Positions 29,507 to 39,173 of a stretch of 64,000 nucleotides of DNA are shown here, piece after piece. The position numbers and the translations under genes were made by a program. The stretch covers positions 1,867 to 65,866 of the forward strand of contig NZ_JAURVJ010000029.1 in NCBI RefSeq assembly GCF_030655615.1, given 5' to 3'. This DNA is from Nocardioides sp. (GTDB lineage: Bacteria > Actinomycetota > Actinomycetes > Propionibacteriales > Nocardioidaceae). Each line of letters opens with the position of its first letter. Position 1 is the stretch's first letter. Under the pieces are notes generated by a model. That model was not told the DNA's origin. It was given only the letters and a program-made list of their open reading frames with translations, and made no database searches.

Positions 29507-30328
29507 ATGGCAAGTGGACAAAGTCTTACGCGGAGGCTGCGGAATCGCGCGAAGCAGGAGGCTCGTGCACGATTGGGTGTAAGCATTGAGGCAGTCCGTC
29601 CTCCGACAGTGACTCTATGGGAAGCCCTAGTAAGTTTCGAGGATTCTGCCCTCGCAACGGATAGTCTCGAGTTGGCCAAGTCCGAGTTTGTGGCCTTCTG
29701 CCTCAGTAACTATGCCTATTCGCATGCCCAACTGAAGCAGGACTTGTTTGTGCTATTCCAACTGGCTGAGAAACGTGATGGGTTCTTTGTTGAGTTTGGT
29801 GCCACCAACGGTGTTTCTCTGAGTAACAGTATGCTGCTTGAGAGCCGATATGGCTGGTCTGGGATTCTGGCGGAGCCTGCCCGGGTTTGGCACGCGGAAC
29901 TGAGCGTGAACCGGGCATGTACCGTCGATCACAGATGCGTTTCAGATAGCACTGGTGATTTCGTGTTGTTTAACGAGACGGTCGTTCCAGAGTTTTCGAC
30001 AATTGAAGTCTTGTCGGCGGCCGACGTGCATCGGAGGAGACGTGAGGGGGGGGTTCAGTACGAAGTAGAGACCGTGACACTAATCGATCTGTTAGATAGT
30101 CACAACGCTCCGGCGGAGTTTGACTACCTGTCTGTTGACACCGAAGGCTCGGAGGCGACGATTCTCGAGTCGTTCGACTTTGACCGCTTTCGCCCAAAGA
30201 TTATTACGGTCGAACACAATTTTCACACGGAGAATCGTTCCCGTATAAACGTGGCTCTGTCAGGTAGCGGATACCATCAAGTGTGGCCGGAGTTCTCGCT
30301 CTGGGATGACTGGTACGTGGCGCTATAG
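29507..30328 (+). CDS. FkbM family methyltransferase
   Basis: QLKQDLFV, FFVEFGATNG..SNS..LE..GWSGILAEP, LSVDTEGSE, ITVEHN. Confidence 0.85.
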   Translation: MASGQSLTRRLRNRAKQEARARLGVSIEAVRPPTVTLWEALVSFEDSALATDSLELAKSEFVAFCLSNYAYSHAQLKQDLFVLFQLAEKRDGFFVEFGATNGVSLSNSMLLESRYGWSGILAEPARVWHAELSVNRACTVDHRCVSDSTGDFVLFNETVVPEFSTIEVLSAADVHRRRREGGVQYEVETVTLIDLLDSHNAPAEFDYLSVDTEGSEATILESFDFDRFRPKIITVEHNFHTENRSRINVALSGSGYHQVWPEFSLWDDWYVAL

Positions 30329-30388
30329 TGCTCGCATGTGTGGCCGCCCTGGCGTCGACGCGCGGCAACGAAATTTAGGTTATCTAAG

Positions 30389-31492
30389 ATGAAGATATTG
30401 CACTACTACGCTCAGGCCCTAACCCACGAAAGTGGTGTCACAGCGGCTATCTCGCTCTGGGCTGACCACCAGGTCGATCATGGCCACGAGGTCCGGATTG
30501 CCGCTGGGTCTGGGCAGATCAGGAGTAGCGTCTATAACGTTCCGGTGGTCCGGGTGCGACATATTGGCCGTGGCCGATCCACGTACGTCCCCAGCGTATG
30601 GAAGCTTGCTAAGTTGATGAGGTGGGCAGATATTGTTGTCCTGCACGAGGGTTGGACAGCAAGTCATTATGTTGCAGCTGGCTTGGGTCTTCTCACGCGT
30701 CGCCGCTACGTAGCAATGCCTCATGGTGTCTACGAGCCTGGCGTGATGGCCGGCCTGCGAGGCCCCCGCTTAATACGTCGGGCATTCGAACGACTCTTCC
30801 TCAGTTGCGCTTGGAGAGTTCACGTTTACTTCGACGGTGAAACCAACTTGGTCTCGCACCTGAGCGGCCGAGCCGTCTGCATGGTAGCGCCCACAGGCTT
30901 TGATCCTGTCGAGATTCGGCCAACAGCACCAGGGGCATTTGACGCGCGGACGCCCAATTCAGTCGAGTTGCCTTACGTCTTTTGGTTTGGCCGGATCGAT
31001 CCTCACCATAAAGGTCTCGACGTGCTCCTGCGCGGTCTAGCGCTTGTCCCCGAAGGTGTGCGTCCCCGACTTCGTTTGGCCGGTTATGACTATGGCAACG
31101 GCCGCGCAACAGTCGCTGAGTTAATATCCGAGTTGGAGCTCACTGAGTTTGTGGAACTAGGCGAGCCTGTCTTTGGTGACGAAAAGGTTGCCGCCATCAG
31201 GGGATCGCTGGCTTATGTTCATCCCAGCCGCTGGGAGTGCCATTCGATTGCTTTCCTTGAGGCGATGGCGCTGGATACCCCTGTGTACATAGGAGCGGGG
31301 TGCCAGATATCCCGCTTAGCTCATAACACCGGGGCTGCAACGATGGTCAATAGCGAACCCACTGCCTGGTCTCGGGTTCTCAGAGAGATGAGCGAAGGTG
31401 ATCGGACGGTTCCATCGCGCGACGAGTTCTGGAAGCAGTTTGAGTGGACCCACGTATTGTCAGTCACAGACTCCGAGTATTTTGGCCGGTGA
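30389..31492 (+). CDS. Glycosyltransferase family 4
   Basis: MKILH, ESGV, MPHG, FGRIDPHHKGLD, PSRWE..SIAFLEAMA. Confidence 0.85.
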   Translation: MKILHYYAQALTHESGVTAAISLWADHQVDHGHEVRIAAGSGQIRSSVYNVPVVRVRHIGRGRSTYVPSVWKLAKLMRWADIVVLHEGWTASHYVAAGLGLLTRRRYVAMPHGVYEPGVMAGLRGPRLIRRAFERLFLSCAWRVHVYFDGETNLVSHLSGRAVCMVAPTGFDPVEIRPTAPGAFDARTPNSVELPYVFWFGRIDPHHKGLDVLLRGLALVPEGVRPRLRLAGYDYGNGRATVAELISELELTEFVELGEPVFGDEKVAAIRGSLAYVHPSRWECHSIAFLEAMALDTPVYIGAGCQISRLAHNTGAATMVNSEPTAWSRVLREMSEGDRTVPSRDEFWKQFEWTHVLSVTDSEYFGR

Positions 31493-31547
31493 TAACTAGA
31501 CGACGCTGGCCCTGCGTGCACCCCTCTATGCGCGACGCGCGTGATTG

Positions 31548-33296
31548 CTAGCAGGCGCTCTTAAACTGACTATCGAGTGTACCGCCAAGCACACTGGGGG
31601 TAAGGCCGACCTTCCCACTCCCTGTTTGTTTAACAGCGGTCTGCATCTTCCACGTCACTCGGGCATCGTCAATGGTGTCGATTAGGATACTGATAGTCAC
31701 GACTGGGCGCCCGTCAATCTGGAGGCCGTACTTGGGATCTAGAGGCTCGCCGTTCAACCGGACATCGCTGATCGATCCGCCGTACGGCCCGTATATGCGT
31801 GCGGTGACGAGTTGGCTTCCAATCGGGATCCCATATGCGTCCCCTCCCGTCACGTAGTCTGGAAGGGCCCGTGCGTCCCGAGGGCTGATTGTCTGATTTA
31901 GTGTCATGGTTCCCTCGAGCGCTTGAACGCCGCTTAGGCAAGACCTAGATTCCACGCCCGCGAAGTACCGCAAGTAGTAAGACATTTTCGAGCCGGTCGC
32001 GTCGTTAAGTCCAATGTCGACATGTGGAACCGCGCCGTCGTCACCCGTCAACTGCCCGAGGATTGAGGCGCCATTCAAGCGCTCGACTTCGGCAGGGTCG
32101 GTTGGCGCCAACAGAAAGCGACGTTCGCGAACGGCTCGCGACAAGCCTTGAACGAAGTCTATGGGCGACGCAAGGCGACTGGTCGACGCACTGAGAATCG
32201 CCCGAGCGACCTCTTGAAATTGTTCGTCCTGCTTCGACGGGTCAGTTATCGACAGATATGTGTTGCTAAGCAACTCGGGCACGATGTTTTCGGCTGTGAG
32301 CGTCAGTTCACCTGCCTGCACCGGCCCGGTTCCGGCCATGAGGTAAGACATCGCCACTGGATCGAGTGTAAGAATTCCGTCGAGTTCCACGGCCGGATAA
32401 GTGCGACTCCAGAAAGCGTTGAATAGGGTCGCTGCGCGTGGAAAATCAGGAATAAAATTTGGGTCTTGAAAGAATAGGGCGGGCAATTGATCGTACACGG
32501 CGAGTTCTTCGTCGGTGAGTTCGGCAGCGGATTGATTGTTGTTTAGTTCCGCTGCAGAGCCTTGCTCGCGCAATTGGATCTTGCCGTTTTCAACGTGCAC
32601 GCGCGCCCACGACCCCGGCAGACCACCAGTCGACCGAATCTCAGCGTTATTCTGGAAGATGAAGAGGTAGTTACGGGGACCATCTCCACCGAGCATGTTG
32701 GGCAGCACATCAACGGCCGTTTCCGCCGCGCTGAAGTCGCTCGCGATTCCGGCGAGTCTCTTCGCGTAATCTGCGTATCGAGTACTCAGGGCGGGCATGA
32801 AGTCCTTGGGGTCATGGGCGCTCACCAACCCGGAGGCATGTCGCATCGCCCGCGCCGCTCCGGAAATCGGGCCCTCCAACTCGGCGACCTTCGCTGGGTC
32901 AATCTGACCGTCCTCGACTAGCCCGTCGAGTGCGTCAACCGTGGCCGCTAACGGACCGATGGCTTCACGCGCTACGAGATCGATCGATGCGCTCAGCGCC
33001 TCCACCCCCGAGGCGTCGTCCCCGTACACGGGCAGCTTGGTCATCGCTGACCACCACAACCCATCGGTATAGCCCTTTGCCGAGGAAGCGGACGCCTGCA
33101 GATCGGCGACCGCCGTGTCACGCGCGCTGTCGTCGCCGTTCTCTACGGCCGCCTGCAGCCGGTTGACCGCATCCTCGGCTGAGCGGAGCTCACGTTCGGT
33201 TCGCCACGCCAGCCACGCTGACCATACGGCCGCAAGGATGATGACTACCACGGCGACCACGAGTAGCCGACGGAGAGTGAAAAAGCCCTTCTTCAA
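31548..33296 (-). CDS. DUF4012 domain-containing membrane-anchored protein
   Basis: N-terminal TM; RNYLFIFQNNAEIRSTGGLPG, PNFIPDFP, NDATGSKMSYYL. Confidence 0.85.
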   Translation of the reverse strand: MKKGFFTLRRLLVVAVVVIILAAVWSAWLAWRTERELRSAEDAVNRLQAAVENGDDSARDTAVADLQASASSAKGYTDGLWWSAMTKLPVYGDDASGVEALSASIDLVAREAIGPLAATVDALDGLVEDGQIDPAKVAELEGPISGAARAMRHASGLVSAHDPKDFMPALSTRYADYAKRLAGIASDFSAAETAVDVLPNMLGGDGPRNYLFIFQNNAEIRSTGGLPGSWARVHVENGKIQLREQGSAAELNNNQSAAELTDEELAVYDQLPALFFQDPNFIPDFPRAATLFNAFWSRTYPAVELDGILTLDPVAMSYLMAGTGPVQAGELTLTAENIVPELLSNTYLSITDPSKQDEQFQEVARAILSASTSRLASPIDFVQGLSRAVRERRFLLAPTDPAEVERLNGASILGQLTGDDGAVPHVDIGLNDATGSKMSYYLRYFAGVESRSCLSGVQALEGTMTLNQTISPRDARALPDYVTGGDAYGIPIGSQLVTARIYGPYGGSISDVRLNGEPLDPKYGLQIDGRPVVTISILIDTIDDARVTWKMQTAVKQTGSGKVGLTPSVLGGTLDSQFKSAC

Positions 33297-33378
33297 GACT
33301 CATGAGCCTTCCGCAAAAGTGAGCCGTACCCCGGCACTGGTGCCGGGGTACGGATCGGAACGTAAAGCGAAGCGCCGG

Positions 33379-33801
33379 TCAGCGCACCTTGAACTGCACG
33401 TTGGGGCTCTGCGAGCTCTTGAAGATCGTGTTGGGACGCGCGTTGTAGGTGACGCGGACGTTCCACGTGCCCTTGGCGTTAAAGGTGCGCGCAAGCACGA
33501 TCTTGCCGGAGGTCGGGACGGTGCGGGTAGCGAACTGGGCGGGGCCGCCCACGCGCTTGAAGCGGAAGGTCACGGTGCCGACGGGCTTGGCATTGGAGCC
33601 CACCGTCTTGACGGTAGTCGTGAAGGTACGACGCTTAGGGCCGTTGCCCGCGGGGGACGACTTGAGGGTCGTCACCGTGGCGCGGCAGTCCGGGTACTGC
33701 GGGTTGCCGCAGATGGCCTGCGCCGGTGCCGAGCTGATAGTGGCGACGAGGCCGGTGGACATCAGGAACGCGGCCAGCAGGCCGAGGATGAGCTTCTTCA
33801 T
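33379..33801 (-). CDS. Small secreted basic Ig-like domain protein
   Basis: GGGAG RBS; Sec signal MKKLILGLL...APAQA; CGNPQYPDC then beta-sandwich-like sequence; paralog at 48605. Confidence 0.75.
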   Translation of the reverse strand: MKKLILGLLAAFLMSTGLVATISSAPAQAICGNPQYPDCRATVTTLKSSPAGNGPKRRTFTTTVKTVGSNAKPVGTVTFRFKRVGGPAQFATRTVPTSGKIVLARTFNAKGTWNVRVTYNARPNTIFKSSQSPNVQFKVR

Positions 33802-33957
33802 GGTGTATCTCCCTGGCACGGTGACCGAGTCGAGAGTGAGTGCGACGAGCAGAAGTAGATCACACGTATCGTGTTTCCCGAAGGCGGATACCAAAAGTAC
33901 TGTGTGAACCTTTGTTAACGCCAGATTTCCTGCAAACTCCTGGGGGCATGACTCGCT

Positions 33958-34413
33958 TCACCCTGCGCAGCGCGAGCACCGCCCAAAGACCGTGAGGTGG
34001 CCGATGTCGGCGACGAACCCCAACTCGTCTGCGAGCCGGTCGGTGAGCGCGGACGCCAGGTCGACATCGACCGAGGTCACCTGGCCGCAGCCTCGGCACT
34101 TGAGGTGGAAGTGCTCGTGCCCGCTGACCGAGTGATAGGTGGGCGCGCGGTCCGACAGGTGGGCGTGCCGCACGAGGCCGAGGTCTTCGAGGACCTCGAG
34201 CGTGCGATAGACCGTCGAGGCGTTGACGGACGAGACCCGCTCCTGCACGTGAGCGAGTACTTCGTCGGGTGTCGCGTGGCCCAGGTCCTCGATCGCCGCG
34301 AGGATGAGCTCGCGCTGCGGCGTCAGCCTGTAGCCCTTGGCCCGCAGCTCGGCCCGCCAGTCGCCGGTCGCCGGTGCGGTGACGTTCGGGTGGGTGTGCT
34401 CTGCCTCAGGCAC
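33958..34413 (-). CDS. fur: Fur family transcriptional regulator
   Basis: RLTPQRELIL, STVYRTLEVL, HEHFHLKCRGCG, FGRCSRC. Confidence 0.9.
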   Translation of the reverse strand: MPEAEHTHPNVTAPATGDWRAELRAKGYRLTPQRELILAAIEDLGHATPDEVLAHVQERVSSVNASTVYRTLEVLEDLGLVRHAHLSDRAPTYHSVSGHEHFHLKCRGCGQVTSVDVDLASALTDRLADELGFVADIGHLTVFGRCSRCAG

Positions 34414-34897
34414 GCTGCAATCTCGCCCACAGGTGTGGTTGCAGCGGCTGTCCCATCGCCTCCATGTCGTAGGCGTAGAGCAGATCGCCCTCGACGTTGC
34501 CGTAGAGCCGGTGGCCGGCGGTGACCTCCTTGGCGGTCTCGGTGAAGCCGACGCCCGCGGTGTGCAGCTCCATCTTTCCGGCCTCCGCGACGCCGTACCA
34601 GATCTCGGCGAAGCCGGTGTTGTGGCTCAGCACGAGCTCGAGCTGGCCCTCGGGCAGGCAGCGGAGGAAGCCCGTCTCCTGGGCTGCCTCGCGGACCTTG
34701 TTGCCCTCGGCGTCGAGGACCCAGGACCGGGCGAAGTAGTGGAAGAACGGGCGGCCGTCCTGCTGGAAGACCAGCTCCTGGCCGTACTCGTAGGGCTCGA
34801 TCGTCGGGTAGTCGCCGTGGCCGTTGCCCTGCCAAGTGCCGAGCAACCAGACCACCGGGCCGCAGAGGGGGTGGAGGTTGTCGGGGATGTTGAACAT
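34406..34897 (-). CDS. FABP-like/nitrobindin (THAP4-like, DUF1794) beta-barrel protein
   Basis: WLLGTWQGNGHGDYPTIE, ETGFLR, GHRLYG, LQPHLWARL; leaderless -10 TAGACT. Confidence 0.88.
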   Translation of the reverse strand: MFNIPDNLHPLCGPVVWLLGTWQGNGHGDYPTIEPYEYGQELVFQQDGRPFFHYFARSWVLDAEGNKVREAAQETGFLRCLPEGQLELVLSHNTGFAEIWYGVAEAGKMELHTAGVGFTETAKEVTAGHRLYGNVEGDLLYAYDMEAMGQPLQPHLWARLQRA

Positions 34898-34994
34898 GCC
34901 CCGAGTCTAGTGACCAGGACGCGCACGAGCGCCGGGACCGATGGTCCCGGCGCTCGTGTCGGCGTTGGTGTTCGGATGGTGCGGTGGAGCTGGG

Positions 34995-35681
34995 TCAGCC
35001 CTTGTCGGTCTGACCGGCGCCACGGTTGGCCGGGCGGGCCGGCGCCTCGGCGCAGGTGATCTGCAGGACGGCGGTCTCGGCGACCCCGGTCGCGTCGCCG
35101 TAGGCTACGGCGCCGGTGATGTCCTCGTCGATCGAGACCTGCAGCGCCTTGTTGGAGACGGTGTAGAAGCCCCAGGCGCCGATCAGGATGTAGCCGTCGT
35201 CGCAGAAGCCGGAGACGATCTCGCCGCTGGTCGTCGCGGTCACCGGGGCACCGAAGTTGTCGAAGTAGACCTCGCCGAGGCCGCCGGCACCGGCGGGACC
35301 CGCGGGGCCCTGGGGTCCGGGAGGTCCACCGGGGGTGCCGGCGGGGCCCTGGGGTCCGACGGGACCGGCAACGCCGGCGGGGCCCGTCGCGCCGGCGGGG
35401 CCGACCGGACCGGTCGCGCCGGGCGCGCCGCGCTCGCCCTCGGGGCCGGCAGCACCGGTCGCGCCCTTGTCGCCCTTGGCGCCCTTGAGCGCCGTCTTGG
35501 CGGCGGCGCTGAAGTCGCCCGTCTTGAGGGTGCCGTTCTTGATGTCGGCGGTGGTGATCGTGTTGTTCTTGATGTCGGCGCCAGTGATCAGCTTGGCCGC
35601 CATGGCGCCGGTCGAGCCAGCAGCCATGAGGGCGGCGACGACGGCGATGGTGGCGGGGAGGGTCCGCTTCAGAGATGTCAT
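34995..35681 (-). CDS. Secreted collagen-like protein
   Basis: Signal peptide; [21 protein letters not shown] repeat; Gly-X-Y run [10 protein letters not shown]...GPAGAGG; small C-terminal domain with two Cys. Confidence 0.8.
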   Translation of the reverse strand: MTSLKRTLPATIAVVAALMAAGSTGAMAAKLITGADIKNNTITTADIKNGTLKTGDFSAAAKTALKGAKGDKGATGAAGPEGERGAPGATGPVGPAGATGPAGVAGPVGPQGPAGTPGGPPGPQGPAGPAGAGGLGEVYFDNFGAPVTATTSGEIVSGFCDDGYILIGAWGFYTVSNKALQVSIDEDITGAVAYGDATGVAETAVLQITCAEAPARPANRGAGQTDKG

Positions 35682-35766
35682 TGACGGAGACTGCGGTCCA
35701 AACGGGCCATTAGTCCATAGTCCTTTGTGGCTATGGCGCTGCTGGGGTGCGTCGGGGTAGTGAACG

Positions 35767-36615
35767 TCAGGCGGCGGGTCGGGTGCCGAGCAGCGCCCGC
35801 GCCTCGTCCGTCGTCATCGGCCGCCGCTGCGCCAGCGCACCCATCGCGACGGCGCGCTCGACGAGCTGGGTGTTGCTCTGCACCGGAAAGCCGCGGGCGA
35901 GGGTCAGCACGTCCTCCATCCCGACCCGTAGGTGACCGCCCTTGCTGAGGACCGCGAGGCCCACGGCGAGGGTGGAGCGGCCGATCCCGGTCGCCCCCCA
36001 GGACGTCACCTCGGGTGGGAGCGCGGCGACGCCGGCGACGAGGGCGTCCGCCGTACCGGGCATGCCACCGGGGACGCCCATCACGAAGTCGCAGTGGACC
36101 TTGCCGCCGTAGGGCAGGCCGTAGGTCTTGAGCAGCCGCGTCAGCGAGGTCACGTGGCCCAGGTCGAAGAGTTCGAACTCTGGGACTACCTCGCGCTCCT
36201 GGCTCAGCTGGTAGAGGTCGCAGACGAAGGGCCACGGGTTGGAGAAGACGTCGTCGCCGAAGTTGGTCGTGCCCATGGTCAGGCTGCACGAGTCGGGGGC
36301 GGCGTCGAGCACCTTGAGGCGCTGGTCGAGCGGGTCGTGGACGCTGCCACCGGTCGAGAGCTGGACGACCAGGGCCGTCTCCTGGCGCAGACCCGCGACG
36401 GTGTCGGCGAGCCGCTCTCCGTCGAGCGTGGGGGCGTGCGCGTCGTCACGGATGTGGACGTGGATCATCGCGGCGCCCGCCGCCTCGCACTCACGGGCCG
36501 CGGCGACGAGCTCGGGCAGGGTGGTGGGCAGCTGGGGACAGTCGGCCTTGCTCGTCTCGGCCCCGGTGGGGGCGACGGTGACCAGCAGAGCCTCAGGCGG
36601 TGGAGCGGACGGCAT
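35767..36615 (-). CDS. 3-keto-5-aminohexanoate cleavage enzyme family (BKACE/DUF849)
   Basis: [38 protein letters not shown]. Confidence 0.9.
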   Translation of the reverse strand: MPSAPPPEALLVTVAPTGAETSKADCPQLPTTLPELVAAARECEAAGAAMIHVHIRDDAHAPTLDGERLADTVAGLRQETALVVQLSTGGSVHDPLDQRLKVLDAAPDSCSLTMGTTNFGDDVFSNPWPFVCDLYQLSQEREVVPEFELFDLGHVTSLTRLLKTYGLPYGGKVHCDFVMGVPGGMPGTADALVAGVAALPPEVTSWGATGIGRSTLAVGLAVLSKGGHLRVGMEDVLTLARGFPVQSNTQLVERAVAMGALAQRRPMTTDEARALLGTRPAA

Positions 36616-36649
36616 AGAGCCGACTCTGCCAGAGCACCTGCGTGGTCGC

Positions 36650-37438
36650 TCAGCCGGCGAGGGCCTCGTCGACGGCTCGCTGCACCAGGCTGAGCAGCCT
36701 GTCTCCTCCGCGGTCGATCCGGACGTCCTGCGGTGCGTCGCCCGCGAACGGCTGACCTGGATCCACCGCCGTCGCGCCGATCCGCTCGGCCTGGGTGCGG
36801 ACGAGCGCGGTCACGCGAGCCAGGTCCTCCGGCTGCGGGTCCAGGCCCCTGCCGAGCGGCAGGAGGGCCACGACCACCGCATCCGGGTAGGCCGCTCGGA
36901 TGTTGGTGAAGACCTCCGTGGTGCTCGCCTCGACCTCGTCGGGCGGGAGCTCGAGGTCGTAGGCGCCGGCGCTGACGAGGACCACGTCAGGCACGGCTGG
37001 CTGCTTCTCCGCCACCGCCAGCATCGTCGCGACGTTGGGACAGGCGGGTAGACCACACGCCTGGGCCGGTCCGATGGCCAGGTAGCCGGACTGCGGCCGG
37101 GCCCGGAGGTCGACCTTCCAGCGCCCCTCCCCCAGCCGCGTGACCCAGCGCGGCTCCTTGCCGGCGACGCGCAGGGTCTCGTCGCCGAGGGCCAGGACAC
37201 GGAGGGCGCCCGCTGGATCGGCGGGCCCTGTGGTTGGGGTGGAAGGGCCCGTCGGCACTTCGTCCGACGGCTCGACCGTGGGTGAGCTGACGTCCGACCG
37301 CGCAGCCTCGTCTGCGGACGACTGCACCGGACCTCGGACCACCACGAACGCCGCGAATGCCACCACGGCCACCGCCAGGACCGCGAGGCCGACGTCGGCA
37401 GGCCAACGCCGGTCACCGGGGTTCATGGGCGCGATCAT
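36650..37438 (-). CDS. Membrane-anchored SGNH-fold protein, probably catalytically degenerate
   Basis: N-terminal TM; LALGDET where GDS is expected; SAGAYD; no DxxH. Confidence 0.65.
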   Translation of the reverse strand: MIAPMNPGDRRWPADVGLAVLAVAVVAFAAFVVVRGPVQSSADEAARSDVSSPTVEPSDEVPTGPSTPTTGPADPAGALRVLALGDETLRVAGKEPRWVTRLGEGRWKVDLRARPQSGYLAIGPAQACGLPACPNVATMLAVAEKQPAVPDVVLVSAGAYDLELPPDEVEASTTEVFTNIRAAYPDAVVVALLPLGRGLDPQPEDLARVTALVRTQAERIGATAVDPGQPFAGDAPQDVRIDRGGDRLLSLVQRAVDEALAG

Positions 37439-37491
37439 GGCACGCTTCGAACCGCGCACCTTTGCGGTTGGGGGTATCCGCCGCGGCCGGT

Positions 37492-37528
37492 GGCTTCGAG
37501 GCTCGCTCCGCTCGCACCTCAGCCGACG
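37492..37528 (+). repeat. REP-like element
   Basis: Identical 37-mer to 11408-11444. Confidence 0.85.
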
Positions 37529-37538
37529 TCCTCCCAGC

Positions 37539-38228
37539 TCAGCTGATGTCGGGGTCGATCGCCTCGACGACCCGGCGCGCGATCTCCGCATGGCCGCGGT
37601 CGTTGGGGTGGACCCGGTCGCTCGTCCCGAGCTCGGTGTCGACGCCGGGCGGCCCGCGCAGACCCTCCTCGGTGTAGAGGTCGCTGAGCCGGAGGTACTG
37701 GTGATCGGCGCAGAGGCGTCGTACGACGGTCTCGAACTGGCGCGCGACCGCGGGCGCGTCCCAGGGGCCGAGGCACAGGATTTCGGCGTCAGGCGAGGTG
37801 GCCTCGACCGCGTCGAGGAGGCGGGTGTAGCCGGAGGTCAGGTCGGCGAGCGTGGAGACGCCTATGTCGTTGGTGCCGGCCTCGACGACCACGACGTCGG
37901 CCGGCTCCCGGCCGATCGTGTCGGTCTCGACCTGGGCCGCAACCCGGAACGCGCGGGCGCCGCCGACGGCCACCAGGACGCGCGAGACGTCGTAGTCCTG
38001 GTCGAGCTCGTCGACGACGAGCGCGGGGAAGGCCTGGTCGGTGTCGGACGCGTAGTAGCCCCCGGCGATCGAGTCGCCCGCGATGAGGACGCGTAGGGGC
38101 GTCTTGGGCGGCTCGGACGTCTGGGACTGCTTTGGCGCTTCGGTACCCAGCGCGGCGTCGGACGAGCCGTCGGCGCCGCTGCACCCGACGAGGGCGAGGA
38201 CGAGGACGAGCGCGACGGAACGGAGCAC
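37539..38228 (-). CDS. SGNH/GDSL hydrolase, predicted lipoprotein
   Basis: Lipobox LVGC; AGDSI, AGTND, DRVHPN. Confidence 0.85.
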   Translation of the reverse strand: MLRSVALVLVLALVGCSGADGSSDAALGTEAPKQSQTSEPPKTPLRVLIAGDSIAGGYYASDTDQAFPALVVDELDQDYDVSRVLVAVGGARAFRVAAQVETDTIGREPADVVVVEAGTNDIGVSTLADLTSGYTRLLDAVEATSPDAEILCLGPWDAPAVARQFETVVRRLCADHQYLRLSDLYTEEGLRGPPGVDTELGTSDRVHPNDRGHAEIARRVVEAIDPDIS

Positions 38229-38259
38229 CGGGACAGGGTAGAGAGGGGAGACTAACGGC

Positions 38260-38685
38260 GTGCGAGCGGTGGTGCAGCGGGTGTTGTCGGCGTCGGTGGT
38301 CGTGGACGGAGTCGTGGTGGGTGCGATCGACTCACCCGGGCTGCTCGTCTACCTCGGCGTCACCCACGGCGACGGCGAGGCAGAGATCGGGTGGATGGCG
38401 CGCAAGCTCTGGGGCCTGCGGATCTTGCGGGACGAGCAGTCGGCCTCGGACGTCGGGGCGCCGATGCTCGTCGTCAGCCAGTTCACGCTCTACGGCGACG
38501 CACGCAAGGGCCGGCGTCCGACCTGGCAGGACGCCGCGCCGGCGGCGATAAGCGAGCCGGTCTACGACGGCGTGTGCGAGGCGCTGGTCGAGCTGGGTGC
38601 CCAGGTCGAGCGGGGTGTCTTCGGTGCGGACATGGCGGTGACGTCGGTCAACGACGGGCCGTTCACGGTGCTGCTCGAGCGGTAG
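38260..38685 (+). CDS. dtd: D-aminoacyl-tRNA deacylase
   Basis: [38 protein letters not shown]. Confidence 0.95.
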   Translation: MRAVVQRVLSASVVVDGVVVGAIDSPGLLVYLGVTHGDGEAEIGWMARKLWGLRILRDEQSASDVGAPMLVVSQFTLYGDARKGRRPTWQDAAPAAISEPVYDGVCEALVELGAQVERGVFGADMAVTSVNDGPFTVLLER

Positions 38686-38708
38686 TCGCGGCGGGTTGAG
38701 TAGGTCGC

Positions 38709-38820
38709 CTGCGGAGGTCTCGACGCGGACGGCGCCCGATCGGCTCGACCATCGTGGGGTGGGGGTGCCCGGGCCGGCGTCGCTGGCTTCGAGGCTCCTT
38801 CGCTCGCACCTCAGCCGACG
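38709..38820 (+). repeat. Two tandem intergenic REP-like elements (38709-38759 variant type; 38785-38820 main type)
   Basis: CTGCGGAGGTCTCGACGCGGACGGCGCCCGATCGGCTCGACCATCG and GGCTTCGAGGCTCCTTCGCTCGCACCTCAGCCGACG. Confidence 0.8.
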
Positions 38821-38873
38821 TGAAGTGACGCTGACCCGTCGTCCGGGGACGACGGGTCAGCACAAAGAGAGGG

Positions 38874-39173
38874 TCAGACGAGGGCGACGGTCACTTCGGC
38901 GACGCTGCCCACGGCAGCGTCGACGCGGTTGTCGACAGGCGTGGCCTTGGGGGCCAGGGTGCGGAGGGTCCACTGACCCTCGCCGGCGAAGAACCGGAAG
39001 TGGCCGGTGGCCGAGGTGGGGACCTCGGCGGTGAACTCGCCGGTCTTGTCGAGGAGCCGGACGTAGGCGTTGCCGACGGGCTCGCCGTCGCGCAGGACCT
39101 GACCCTGGATCAGGGCCTCCTTGGCCACGTTGATGCCGTCGAGCGAGAGACCGCCCTCAGTCGCGCCGCACAT
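38874..39173 (-). CDS. DUF1416 (SseC-like) protein
   Basis: MCGA, AYVRLLDKTGEFTAEVPTSATGHFRFFA. Confidence 0.9.
   Translation of the reverse strand: MCGATEGGLSLDGINVAKEALIQGQVLRDGEPVGNAYVRLLDKTGEFTAEVPTSATGHFRFFAGEGQWTLRTLAPKATPVDNRVDAAVGSVAEVTVALV

Larger units (their letters stand above)
17162..33300. other. Putative horizontally acquired glycan island (visibly lower GC)
   Basis: Abrupt appearance of A/T-ending codons and AT-rich intergenic DNA right after cysN; IS debris at left edge; composition returns to host-like at about 33.3 kb (by eye, not computed). Confidence 0.7.
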
